64,000 nucleotides of DNA. Source: Laetmonice hystrix (lineage: Eukaryota). The stretch's first letter is position 1, and every line of letters begins with the position of its first letter. Location of the stretch: NCBI GenBank assembly GCA_965235115.1, contig OZ249436.1, positions 54,810,001 through 54,874,000 of the forward strand, read 5' to 3'. Position numbers and translations under genes: made by a program. Below the pieces are notes generated by a model that worked only from the letters and a program-made list of their open reading frames with translations, searched no databases and had not been told where the DNA came from. Positions 26,021 to 39,477 of this stretch are shown in pieces.

Positions 26021-29000
26021 GACTCTACCGCCAGGGTACTGTGGCTCCGACTGCACTGCTACCTTCCGGCTACCGGCGGAATCACCACGTATATCTGGCC
26101 GGGCTGGCAGGCACCTGTGGCTCTTAGGCGAGAGACAGGTTAATGCAATAATAAGCGAAAAATGGCTACATTTTTGATACGTCAAATTGAAACTACGCTC
26201 CCAAAATTATGATTCTTAGGCCAGATGTATAACTCTCAAACGTATACATCTCGTACGTTCTCGTACGTTGGCCTCCCACACTGCTTAGCCTCACAGTATA
26301 CTCTCTGGCCTCACTGTACTGTTTGGCCTCACTGTAGTGTTTGCTTGGGTACCAGGCCAGCCAGTACGGATTCCTCACTTTAATGTTTGGCCTCCCTGTA
26401 CTCTTTGGCCTCATTATACAACAGTAGCCAGTAGTATAGGGACGCCACAGGTTTCATGTTTCCATGCCTTTATTGTTCAGGAGGTGGGCCATACGTTTCC
26501 TCTATCATTTACTCCCATCTCATGTGTGTCCCCTACAGACCATCTGTAAGCGTCGGACAACGTTGTCAGGTAGACCCAATGGCTGTTTGCCTTAAAGGTC
26601 TAATTAACAATGGCAAATGCCGTTGTACGCCTTTCCTATATCAGATATCCCATCCCCAAGCAAAAGAAAAGATTACAGAGATGTTGCAGGCAACCGCCAG
26701 GGTACTGTGGCTCCGACTGCACTGCTACCTTCCGGCTACCGGTGCAATCACCACGTATACCTGGCCGGGCTGGCAGGCACCTGTGGCTCTTAGGCGAGAG
26801 ACAGGTCAATGCAATGATAAGCGAAAAATGGCTACATTTTTGATACGTCAAATTGAAACTACGCTCACAAAACTATGATTCTTAGGCCAGATGTATAACT
26901 CTCAAACGTATACATCTCGTACGTTCGCTACAGATAAATGGTTGTGATATGTATACTTCCTATTTGAGTATCTTCTCCAAATTTTAACATTAGATGCTCT
27001 TCGCCTGTACCTTTCATCTCCACTACCTCGCTGTACTGTTAGCATGGCTACTATAATGGGCCAGTGGGTAAGATGTAGGGACTCCTCACTCTACTGGTTG
27101 GCCTCCCACACTGCTTAGCCTCACAGTATACTGTCTGGCCTCACTGTACTGTTTGGCCTCACTGTTGTGTTTGCTTGGGTACCAGGCCAGCCAGTAGGGA
27201 TTCCTCCCTTTACGGTTTGGCCTCCCTGTACTCTTTGGCCTCACTATACAACAGTAGCCAGTAGTATAGGGACGCCACAGGTTTCATGTTTCCATGCCTA
27301 TATTGTTCAGGAGGTAGGCCATACGTTTCCTCTATCATTTACTCCCATCTCATTTGTGTCCCCTACAGACCATCTGTAAGCGTCGGACAACGTTGTCAGG
27401 TAGTCCCAATGGCTGTTTGCCTTAAAGGTTTATTTAACAATGGCAAATGCCGTTGTACGCCTTTCCTATATCAGATATCCCATCCCCAAGTAAAAAAAAG
27501 ATTACAGAGATGTTGCAGGCAACCGCCAGGGTACTGTGGCTCCGACTGCACTGCTACCTTCCGGCTACCGGTGGAATTACCACGTATACCTGGCCGGGCT
27601 GGCAGCCACCTGAGGTCTTAGGCGAGAGACAGGTCAATGCAATGATAAGCGAAAAATGGCTACGTTTTTGATACGTCAAATTGAAACTACGCTCCTAAAA
27701 TTATGATTCTTAGGCCAGATGTATAACTCTCAAACGTATACATCTCGTACGTTCGCTACAGATAAATGGTTGTGATATTTATACTTCTTATTTGAGAATC
27801 TTCTCCAAATTTTACCATTAGATGCTCCTCGCCTGTACCTTTCATCTCCACTACCTCGCTGTACTGTTAGCATGGATACTATAATGGGCCAGTGGGTAAG
27901 ATGTAGGGACTCCTCACTCTACTGGTTGGCCTCCCACACTGCTTAGCCTCACAGTATACTGTCTCGCCTCACTGTACTGTTTGGCCTCACTGTAGTGTTT
28001 GCTTGGGTACCAGGCCAGCCAGTAGGGATTCCTCACTTTACTGTTGGGCCTCCCTGTACTCTTTGGCCTCACTATACAACAGTAGCCAGTGGTATAGGGA
28101 CGCCACAGGTTTCATGTTTCCATGCCTTTATTGTCCAGGAGGTAGGCCATACGTTTCCTTTATCTTTTACTCCCATCTCATTTGTGTCCCCTACAGACCA
28201 TCTGTAAGCGTCGGACAACGTTGTCAGGTAGTCCCAATGGCTGTTTGCCTTAAAGGTCTATTTAACAATGGCAAATGCCGTTGTACGCCTTTCCTACATC
28301 AGATATCCCATCCCTAACTAAAAAAAAGATTACTGAGATGTTGCAGGCAACCGCCAGGGTACTGTGGCTCCGACTGCACTGCTACATTCCGGCTACCGGT
28401 GGAATCACCACGTATACTTGGCCGGGCTGGCTGCCACCTGAGGTCTCAGGCGAGAGACAGGTCAATGCAATGATAAGCGAAAAATGGCTACGTTTTTGAT
28501 ACGTCAAATTGAAACTACGCTCCTAAAATTATGATTCTTAGGCCAGATGTATTCTCAAACGTATACATCTCGTACGTTCGCTACAGATAAATGGTTGTGA
28601 TATTTATACTTTCTATTTGAGTATCTTCTGCAAATTTTACCATTAGATGCTCCTCGCCTGTACCTTTCATCTCCACTACCTCGCTGTACTGTTAGCATGG
28701 ATACTATAATGGGCCAGTGGGTAAGATGTAGGGACTCCTCACTCTACTGGTTGGCCTCCCATACTGCTTAGCCTCACAGTATACTGTCTGACCTCACTGT
28801 ACTGTTTGGCCTCACTGTAGTGTTTGCTTGGGTACCAGACCAGCCAGTAGGGATTCCTCACTGTACTGTTTGGCCTCCCTGTACTCTTTGGCCTCATTAT
28901 ACAACAGTAGCCAGTAGTATAGGGACGCCACAGGTTTCATGTTTCCATGCCTTTATTGTTCAGGGGGTAGGCCATACGTTTCCTCTATCATTTACTCCCA

Positions 29001-29242
29001 TCTCATTTGTGTCCCCTACAGACCATCTGTAAGCGTCCGACAACGTTGTCAGGTAGTCCCAATGGCTGTTTGCCTTAAAGGTTTATTTAACAATGGCAAA
29101 TGCCGTTGAACGCCTTTCCTATATCAGATATCCCATCCCCCAGTAAAAAAAAGATTACAGAGATGTTGCAGACAACCGGCAGGGTACTGTGGCTCCGACT
29201 GCACTGCTACCTTCCAGCTACCGGTGGAATCACCACGTATAC

Positions 29243-31206
29243 ACCCCATGGGCCCCCATATCCAGTCGCGCGACTCTTTCTGGATAACCGGGTCGTTTTA
29301 CCACGAAAGCTTGCCTGTTCCCGGATTCGAACCTAGATAGCCGGACTGGTCAGCGAACGCTCTACCCACTCCGCCACACCGTCTGCACTACCACCTTCAT
29401 TTCTCTCGTGTTGATATCGAATGAAACCCTCGCTTCGCTCGGGCTTCATTCGATATCACCCCTCGATTTTTTTTTCTCAACCTCCTACCCCAGGAATTCT
29501 CGGTTCCCTCGAATTCTTCGGGTAGGAGGTTTCGAATAATAATGAGTTATTTTTTTCTCGCTATCGCTCGCGGTTGGTAATCCACACTGAAGCCCTTGTT
29601 ACACTTAGCCGATCTGCACCCGAACTTTGGTGATCGGGCGATCCGGTGGAGTTCGGTTGGTCGAGCAATGGTCGGGTGATCGGCCCGAACTGTCCCCCGA
29701 ATTCGGGTGGAGGTCAGGTAGCCATCTGACCAATTCAGAAAATTGTGAATTGGTCGGGCGGTCGGGCCGAGTTCAGATATTTTTTTTAAACCATCCGCGC
29801 AGTATTTCTTAATTACTGCTAGATTGGAAAACTATGGAGAAAAATCGGTCGTATCTTAAAATCGGCCGTAAATCGATCTGTGTATTTCTGGGCCTTTAGT
29901 GCAGCAATGGTCGGGTGATCGGCCCGGACTGTCACCCGAATTCTCAGTCTCATTCGGATCTTATGCCAGGAATATTCTTACCCGAACTTTCCACCCGACC
30001 TTCTCCCGAACTTGTCGTTAGGGTGAAAATTATATAGTGTAGACCATTTGCATTGTCGGTTGAAAAGTTCGGGTGGAGTTCGCCGAGGAAAATTCTCACC
30101 CGAACTTTCCACCCGATCTTCGTCCGAACTTTCGGGTGAAGATCGGTCGGTCGGTCGGGTGAAAAAGTGTAGACCGTCCTGTCACCGCAGGACTTGCTCC
30201 CGACGGCCCATTTTGTCAGTGCCGGTGTACAGAGTTTCAAGTCCCCCCATTCAGAATATACCCCTCCTCCATGTTTAACCTAGGTTCAAATGACCCCCTC
30301 CAGTTCCTAATGACAAAATAACCATTAACTTATCCTTACCCTAACGCAGACCCTGTAACTCGAGGTGACTGTAGGGAGTAATTTGAACAGGTTCAACATA
30401 GCGGAGGTATGTTGAAGGGAGTGGTACATCAAACGTGGTACACCGGTGAGTAGCATTATAACTCCGGTGTAATCATCCGTGACGTACCGGGCAAGGGCTA
30501 TTTGGAGACCGTGGTCAAGCAAGTGCACTGAGGCGTGGTGATCGTCATCCCAGTCGGTCACTGCATGTGTGCAGATCTAGCTTTGTTTTTCCTCGAAATT
30601 AGTAGACATTCCCCAATATTCTAGACAATTTTAACGGAAACACGTTCAAACTCTCTTCCTCATGGTTGTATGTCAGTAACTGTTAGGCCTATTCAACTAG
30701 ATTTTCAGGGATGGTCGCGGTGTGACACCGAGGTAGCCAATCCCCCTTGACGATAACCAAGCCATGGTGGTTATCGCGACAGCTATTCCACGCTCAGAGT
30801 TTCTGCTAAAAATTATCGATATTTTCCAAAATTCAAGATAATTTTAACAGAAACAGTTTCAAACTCTCTCCCCTCTTGTGTGTATGTCAGTTATTCAACT
30901 AGATTTTCAGAGATGGTGGCGGTGTAACTCCGAGGTAGCCTACTCATCCCGACGATAACCATCCCATGGGGTGGTTATCGCGGCAGCTATTCCACGCTTC
31001 GAGTTTTCCATTAAAATTACCCGACATTTCCCAAAATTCTACACAATTATAACAGAAACACTTTCAGACTATCTTCCCGCGTGGGGTGTATGTAGGTTAT
31101 TCAACTGGATCCTCGGGGTGGTCGCGGTGATAACGATTCTCGCTGTCGCTCGAATCGGTTATCACCTGCGACCACCCCTCAGACCCGTTGAATAACCTAT
31201 ACATAC
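29243..31206. mobile_element. 1964-bp non-coding, hairpin-rich element bounded by a 4-bp direct repeat (ATAC); Crypton-like non-autonomous element (inferred)
   Basis: Empty site cacgt-ATAC-ctgg in the other units; left junction cacgt-ATAC-acccca; right junction ctatac-ATAC-ctgg. No classical TIRs, several hairpins, ~203-bp subterminal repeats. Confidence 0.85.
29311..29385 (-). pseudogene. tRNA-derived sequence (Pol III A and B boxes) inside the insertion; second copy at ~39546-39620
   Basis: On -: TGGCGGAGTGG (A box, 29376-29366) and GGTTCGAATCC (B box, 29333-29323). The acceptor and anticodon stems are degenerate, so this is not a functional tRNA. Confidence 0.65.
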
Positions 31207-34200
31207 CTGGCCGGGCTGGCATGCACTTGTGGCTCTTAGGCGAGAGACAGGTTAATGCAATGATAAGCGAAAAATGGCTACATTTTTGATACGTCAAATT
31301 GAAACTACGCTCCAAAAATTATGATTCTTAGGCCAGATGTATAACTCTCAAACCTATACATCTCGTACGTTCGCTACAGATAAATGGTTGTGATATTTAT
31401 ACTTCTTCTTTGAGTATCTTCTCCAAATTTTAACATTAGATGCTCCTCGCCTGTACCTTTCATCTCCACTACCTCGCTGTACTGTTAGCATGGATACTAT
31501 AATGGGCCAGTGGGTAAGATGTAGGGACTCCTCACTCTACTGGTTGGCCTCCCACACTGCTTAGCCTCACAGTATACTGTCTCGCCTCACTGTACTGTTT
31601 GGCCTCACTGTAGTGTTTGCTTGGGTACCAGGCCAGCCAGTAGGGATTCCTCACTTTACTGTTGGGCCTCCCTGTACTCTTTGGCCTCACTATACAACAG
31701 TAGCCAGTGGTATAGGGACGCCACAGGTTTCATGTTTCCATGCCTTTATTGTCCAGGAGGTAGGCCATACGTTTCCTCTATCTTTTACTCCCATCTCATT
31801 TGTGTCCCCTACAGACCATCTGTAAGCGTCGGACAACGTTGTCAGGTAGTCCCAATGGCTGTTTGCCTTAAAGGTCTATTTAACAATGGCAAATGCCGTT
31901 GTACGCCTTTCCTATATCAGATATCCCATCCCTAAGTAAAAAAAAGATTACAGAGATGTTGCAGGCAACCGCCAGGGTACTGTGGCTCCGACTGCACTGC
32001 TACCTTCCGGCTACCGGTGGAATCACCACGTATACCTGGCCGGGCTGGCAGGCACCTGTGGCTCTTAGGCGAGAGACAGGTCAATGCAATGATAAGCGAA
32101 AAATGGCTACATTTTTGATACGTCAAATTGAAACTACGCTCCCAAAACTATGATTCTTAGGCCAGATGTATAGCTCTCAAACGTATACATCTCGTACGTT
32201 CGCTACAGATAAATGGTTGTGATATGTATACTTCCTATTTGAGTCTCTTCTCCAAATTTTAACATTAGATGCTCTTCGCCTGTACCTTTCATCTCCACTA
32301 CCTCGCTGTACTGTTAGCATGGCTACTATAATGGGCCAGTGGGTAAGATGTAGGGACTCCTCACTCTACTGGTTGGCCTCCCATACTGCTTAGCCTCACA
32401 GTATACTGTCTGACCTCACTGTACTGTTTGGCCTCACTGTAGTGTTTGCTTGGGTACCAGGCCAGCCAGTAGGGATTCCTCACTGTACTGTTTGGCCTCC
32501 CTGTACTCTTTGGCCTCACTATACAACAGTAGCCAGTAGTATAGGGACGCCACATGTTTCATGTTTCCATGCCTTTATTGTTCAATAGGTAGGCCATACG
32601 TTTCCTCTATCATTTACTCCCCTCTCATTTGTGTCCCCTACAGACCATCTGTAAGCGTCCGATAACGTTGTCAGGTAGTCCCAATGGCTGTTTGTCTTAA
32701 AGGTCTAATTAACAATGGCAAATGCCGTTGTACGCCTTTCCTACATCAGATATCCCATCCCCAAGTAAAAAAAAAGATTACAGAGATGTTGCAGGCAACC
32801 GCCAGGGTACTGTGGCTCCGACTGCACTGCTACCTTCCGGCTACCGGTGGAATCACCACGTATACTTGGCCGGGCTGGCAGCCACCTGAGGTCTTAGGCG
32901 AGAGACAGGTCAATGCAATGATAAGCGAAAAATGGCTACGTTTTTGATACGTCAAATTGAAACTACGCTCCTAAAATTATGATTCTTAGGCCGGATGTAT
33001 TCTCAAACGTATACATCTCGTACGTTCGCTACAGATAAATGGTTGTGATATTTATACTTTCTATTTGAGTATCTTCTGCAAATTTTACCATTAGATGCTC
33101 CTCGCCTGTACCTTTCATCTCCACTACCTCGCTGTACTGTTAGCATGGATACTATAATGGGCCAGTGGGTAAGATGTAGGGACTCCTCACTCTACTGGTT
33201 GGCCTCCCACACTGCTTAGCCTCACAGTAGACTGTCTGACCTCACTGTACTGTTTGGCCTCACTGTAGTGTTTGCTTGAGTACCAGGCCAGCCAGTAGGG
33301 ATTCCTCACTTTACTGTTGGGCCTCCCTGTACTCTTTGGCCTCACTATACAACAGTAGCCAGTGGTATAGGGACGCCACAGGTTTCATGTTTCCATGCCT
33401 TTATTATTCAGGTGGTAGGCCATACGTTTCCTCTATCATTTACTCCCATCTCATTTGTGTCCCCTACAGACCATCTGTAAGCGTCGGACAACGTTGTCAG
33501 GTAGTCACAATGGCTGTTCGCCTTAAAGGTCTATTTAACAATGGCAAATGCCGTTGTACGCCTTTTCTTTATCAGATATCCCATCCCTAATTAAAAAAAA
33601 AGATTACAGAGATGTTGCAGACAACCGCCAGGGTACTGTGGCTCCAACTGCACTGCTACCTTCCGGCTACCGGTGCAATCACCACGTATACCTGGCCGGG
33701 CTGGCATGCACTTGTGGCTCTTAGGCGAGAGACAGGTTAATGCAATGATAAGCGAAAAATGGCTACATTTTTGATACGTCAAATTGAAACTACGCTCCAA
33801 AAATTATTATTCTTAGGCCAGATGTATAACTCTCAAACCTATACATCTCGTACGTTCGCTACAGATAAATGGTTGTGATATTTATACTTCTTCTTTGAGT
33901 ATCTTCTCCAAATTTTACCATTAGATGCTCCTCGCCTGTACCTTTCATCTCCACTACCTCGCTGTACTGTTAGCATGGATACTATAATGGGCCAGTGGGT
34001 AAGATGTAGGGACTCCTCACTCTACTGGTTGGCCTCCCACACTGCTTAGCCTCACAGTATACTGTCTCGCCTCACTGTACTGTTTGGCCTCACTGTAGTG
34101 TTTGCTTGGGTACCAGGCCAGCCAGTAGGGATTCCTCACTTTACTGTTGGGCCTCCCTGTACTCTTTGGCCTCACTATACAACAGTAGCCAGTGGTATAG

Positions 34201-37200
34201 GGACGCCACAGGTTTCATGTTTCCATGCCTTTATTGTTCAGGAGGTAGGCCATACGTTTCCTCTATCTTTTACTCCCATATCTCATTTGTGTCCCCTACA
34301 GACCATCTGTAAGCGTCGGACAACGTTGTCAGGTAGTCCCAATGGCTGTTTGCCTTAAAGGTCTATTTAACAATGGCAAATGCCGTTGTACGCCTTTCCT
34401 ATATCAGATATCCCATCCCTAACTAAAAAAAAGATTACTGAGATGTTGCAGGCAACCGCCAGGGTACTGTGGCTCCGACTGCACTGCTACCTTCCGGCTA
34501 CCGGTGGAATCACCACGTATACCTGGCCGGGCTGGCTGCCACCTGAGGTCTCAGGCGAGAGACAGGTCAATGCAATGATAAGCGAAAAATGGCTACGTTT
34601 TTGATACGTCAAATTGAAACTACGCTCCTAAAATTATGATTCTTAGGCCAGATGTATTCTCAAACGTATACATCTCGTACGTTCGCTACAGATAAATGGT
34701 TGTGATATGTATACTTCCAATTTGAGTATCTTCTGCAAATTTTACCATTAGATGCTCCTCGCCTGTACCTTTCATCTCCACTACCTCGCTGTACTGTTAG
34801 CATGGATACTATAATGGGCCAGTGGGTAAGATGTAGGGACTCCTCGCTCTACTGGTTGGCCTCCCATACTGCTTAGCCTAACAGTATACTGTCTGACCTC
34901 ACTGTACTGTTTGGCCTCACTGTACTGTTTGCTTGGGTACCAGACCAGCCAGTAGGGATTCCTCACTGTACTGTTTGGCCTCCCTGTACTCTTTGGCCTC
35001 ACTATACAACAGTAGCCAGTAGTACAGGGACGCCACATGTTTCATGTTTCCATGCCTTTATTGTTCAATAGGTAGGCCATACGTTTCCTCTATCATTTAC
35101 TCCCCTCTCATTTGTGTCCCCTACAGACCATCTGTAAGCGTCCGATAACGTTGTCAGGTAGTCCCAATGGCTGTTTGTCTTAAAGGTCTAATTAACAATG
35201 GCAAATGCCATTGTACGCCTTTCCTACATCAGATATCCCATCACCAAGTAAAAAAAAAGATTACAGAGATGTTGCAGGCAACCGCCAGGGTACTGTGGCT
35301 CCGACTGCACTGCTACCTTCCGGCTACCGGTGGAATCACCACGTATACTTGGCCGGGCTGGCAGCCACCTGAGGTCTTAGGCGAGAGACAGGTCAATGCA
35401 ATGATAAGCGAAAAATGGCTACGTTTTTGATACGTCAAATTGAAACTACGCTCCTAAAATTATGATTCTTAGGCCAGATGTATAACTCTCAAACGTATAC
35501 ATCTCGTACGTTCGCTACAGATAAATGGTTGTGATATTTATACTTTCTATTTGAGTATCTTCTCCAAATTTCAACATTAAATGCTCCTCGCCTGTACCTT
35601 TCATCTCCACTACCTCGCTGTACTGTTAGCATGGATACTATAATGGGCCAGTGGGTAAGATGTAGGGACTCCTCACTCTACTGGTTGGCCTCCCACACTG
35701 CTTAGCCTCACAGTATACTGTTTGACCTCACTGTACTGTTTGGCCTCACTGTAGTGTTTGCTTGAGTACCAGGCCAGCCAGTAGGGATTCCTCACTTTAC
35801 TGTTGGGCCTCCCTGTACTCTTTGGCCTCACTATACAACAGTAGCCAGTAGTATAGGGACGCCACAGGTTTCATGTTTCCATGCCTTTATTGTTCAGGAG
35901 GTAGGCCATACGTTTCCTCTATCTTTTACTCCCATATCTCATTTGTGTCCCCTACAGACCATCTGTAAGCGTCGGACAACGTTGTCAGGTAGTCCCAATG
36001 GCTGTTTGCCTTAAAGGTCTATTTAACAATGGCAAATGCCGTTGTACGCCTTTCCTATATCAGATATCCCATCCCTAACTAAAAAAAAGATTACTGAGAT
36101 GTTGCATGCAACCGCCAGGGTACTGTGGCTCCGACTGCACTGCTACCTTCCGGCTACCGGTGGAATCACCACGTATACCTGGCCGGGCTGGCTGCCACCT
36201 GAGGTCTCAGGCGAGAGACAGGTCAATGCAATGATAAGCGAAAAATGGCTACGTTTTTGATACGTCAAATTGCAACTACGCTCCTAAAATTATGATTCTT
36301 AGGCCAGATGTATTCTCAAACGTATACATCTCGTACGTTCGCTACAGATAAATGGTTGTGATATGTATACTTCCAATTTGAGTATCTTCTGCAAATTTTA
36401 CCATTAGATGCTCCTCGCCTGTACCTTTCATCTCCACTACCTCGCTGTACTGTTAGCATGGCTACTATAATGGGCCAGTGGGTAAGATGTAGGGACTCCT
36501 CGCTCTACTGGTTGGCCTCCCATACTGCTTAGCCTAACAGTATACTGTCTGACCTCACTGTACTATTTGGCCTCACTGTACTGTTTGCTTGGGTACCAGA
36601 CCAGCCAGTAGGGATTCCTCACTGTACTGTTTGGCCTCCCTGTACTCTTTGGCCTCACTATACAACAGTAGCCAGTAGTACAGGGACGCCACATGTTTCA
36701 TGTTTCCATGCCTTTATTGTTCAATAGGTAGGCCATACGTTTCCTCTATCATTTACTCCCCTCTCATTTGTGTCCCCTACAGACCATCTGTAAGCGTCCG
36801 ATAACGTTGTCAGGTAGTCCCAATGGCTGTTTGTCTTAAAGGTCTAATTAACAATGGCAAATGCCGTTGTACGCCTTTCCTACATCAGATATCCCATCCC
36901 CAAGTAAAAAAAAAGATTACAGAGATGTTGCAGGCAACCGCCAGGGTACTGTGGCTCCGACTGCACTGCTACCTTCCGGCTACCGGTGGAATCACCACGT
37001 ATACTTTGCCGGGCTGGCAGCCACCTGAGGTCTTAGGCGAGAGACAGGTCAATGCAATGATAAGCGAAAAATGGCTACGTTTTTGATACGTCAAATTGAA
37101 ACTACGCTCCTAAAATTATGATTCTTAGGCCAGATGTATAACTCTCAAACGTATACATCTCGTACGTTCGCTACAGATAAATGGTTGTGATATTTATACT

Positions 37201-39477
37201 TTCTATTTGAGTATCTTCTCCAAATTTCAACATTAAATGCTCCTCGCCTGTACCTTTCATCTCCACTACCTCGCTGTACTGTTAGCATGGATACTATAAT
37301 GGGCCAGTGGGTAAGATGTAGGGACTCCTCACTCTACTGGTTGGCCTCCCACACTGCTTAGCCTCACAGTATACTGTTTGACCTCACTGTACTGTTTGGC
37401 CTCACTGTAGTGTTTGCTTGAGTACCAGGCCAGCCAGTAGGGATTCCTCACTTTACTGTTGGGCCTCCCTGTACTCTTTGGCCTCACTATACAACAGTAG
37501 CCAGTAGTATAGGGACGCCACAGGTTTCATGTTTCCATGCCTTTATTGTTCAGGAGGTAGGCCATACGTTTCCTCTATCTTTTACTCCCATATCTCATTT
37601 GTGTCCCCTACAGACCATCTGTAAGCGTCGGACAACGTTGTCAGGTAGTCCCAATGGCTGTTTGCCTTAAAGGTCTATTTAACAATGGCAAATGCCGTTG
37701 TACGCCTTTCCTATATCAGATATCCCATCCCTAACTAAAAAAAGATTACTGAGATGTTGCATGCAACCGCCAGGGTACTGTGGCTCCGACTGCACTGCTA
37801 CCTTCCGGCTACCGGTGGAATCACCACGTATACCTGGCCGGGCTGGCTGCCACCTGAGGTCTCAGGCGAGAGACAGGTCAATGCAATGATAAGCGAAAAA
37901 TGGCTACGTTTTTGATACGTCAAATTGAAACTACGCTCCTAAAATTATGATTCTTAGGCCAGATGTATTCTCAAACGTATACATCTCGTACGTTCGCTAC
38001 AGATAAATGGTTGTGATATGTATACTTCCAATTTGAGTATCTTCTGCAAATTTTACCATTAGATGCTCCTCGCCTGTACCTTTCATCTCCACTACCTCGC
38101 TGTACTGTTAGCATGGCTACTATAATGGGCCAGTGGGTAAGATGTAGGGACTCCTCACTCTACTGGTTGGCCTCCCATACTGCTTAGCCTCACAGTATAT
38201 TGTCTGACCTCACTGTACTGTTTGGCCTCACTGTAGTGTTTGTTTGGGTACCAGACCAGCCAGTAGGGATTCCTCACTGTACTGTTTGGCCTCCCTGTAC
38301 TCTTTGGCCTCACTATACAACAGTAGCCAGTAGTATAGGGACGCCACATGTTTCATGTTTCCATGCCTTTATTGTTCAATAGGTAGGCCATACGTTTCCT
38401 CTATCATTTACTCCCCTCTCATTTGTGTCCCCTACAGACCATCTGTAAGCGTCGGACAACGTTGTCAGGTAGTCCCAATGGCTGTTCGCCTTAAAGGTCT
38501 ATTTAACAATGGCAAATGCCGTTGTACGCCTTTTCTATATCAGATATCCCATCCCTAAGTAAAAAAAAAGATTACAGAGATGTTGCAGACAACCGCCAGG
38601 GTACTGTGGCTCCGACTGCACTGCTACCTTCCGGCTACCGGTGCAATCACCACGTATACTTGGCCGGGCTGGCAGCCACCTGAGGTCTTAGGCAAGAGAC
38701 AGGTCAATGCAATTATAAGCGAAAAATGGCTACGTTTTTGATACGTCAAATTGAAACTACGCGCCTAAAATTATGATTCTTAGGCCAGATGTATAACTCT
38801 CAAACGTATACATCTCGTACGTTCGCTACAGATAAATGGTTGTGATATGTATACTTCCTATTTGAGTATCTTCTGCAAATTTTACCATTAGATGCTCCTC
38901 GCCTGTACCTTTCATCTCCACTACCTCGCTGTACTGTTAGCATGGATACTATAATGGGCCAGTGGGTAAGATGTAGGGACTCCTCACTCTACTGGTTGGC
39001 CTCCCATACTGCTTAGCCTCACAGTATACTGTCTGACCTCACTGTACTGTTTGGCCTCACTCTAGTGTTTGCTTGGGTACCAGGCCAGCCAGTAGGGATT
39101 CCTCACTGTACTGTTTGGCTTCCCTGTACTCTTTGGCCTCACTATACAACTGTAGCCAGTAGTATAGGGACGCCACAGGTTTCATGTTTCCATGCCTTTA
39201 TTATTCAGGAGATAGGCCATACGTTTCCTCTATCATTTACTCCCATCTCATTTGTGTCCCCTACAGACCATCTGTAAGCGTCCGACAACGTTGTCAGGTA
39301 GTCCCAATGGCTGTTTGCCTTAAAGGTTTATTTAACAATGGCAAATGCCGTTGTGCGCCTTTCCTATATCAGATATCCCATCCCCAAGTAAAAAAAAAGA
39401 TTACAGACAACCGCCAGGGTACTGTGGCTCCGACTGCACTGCTACCTTCCAGCTACCGGTGGAATCACCACGTATAC

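Noticed and set aside
29311..29385. Functional tRNA gene
   Set aside because: Only the A and B boxes are retained; the cloverleaf stems do not close.
30325..30561. Possible captured exon or transposase remnant in the insertion
   Set aside because: The candidate + strand exon has stops in all three frames, and the - strand ORF has no recombinase, HUH or RT motif that I can recognise.
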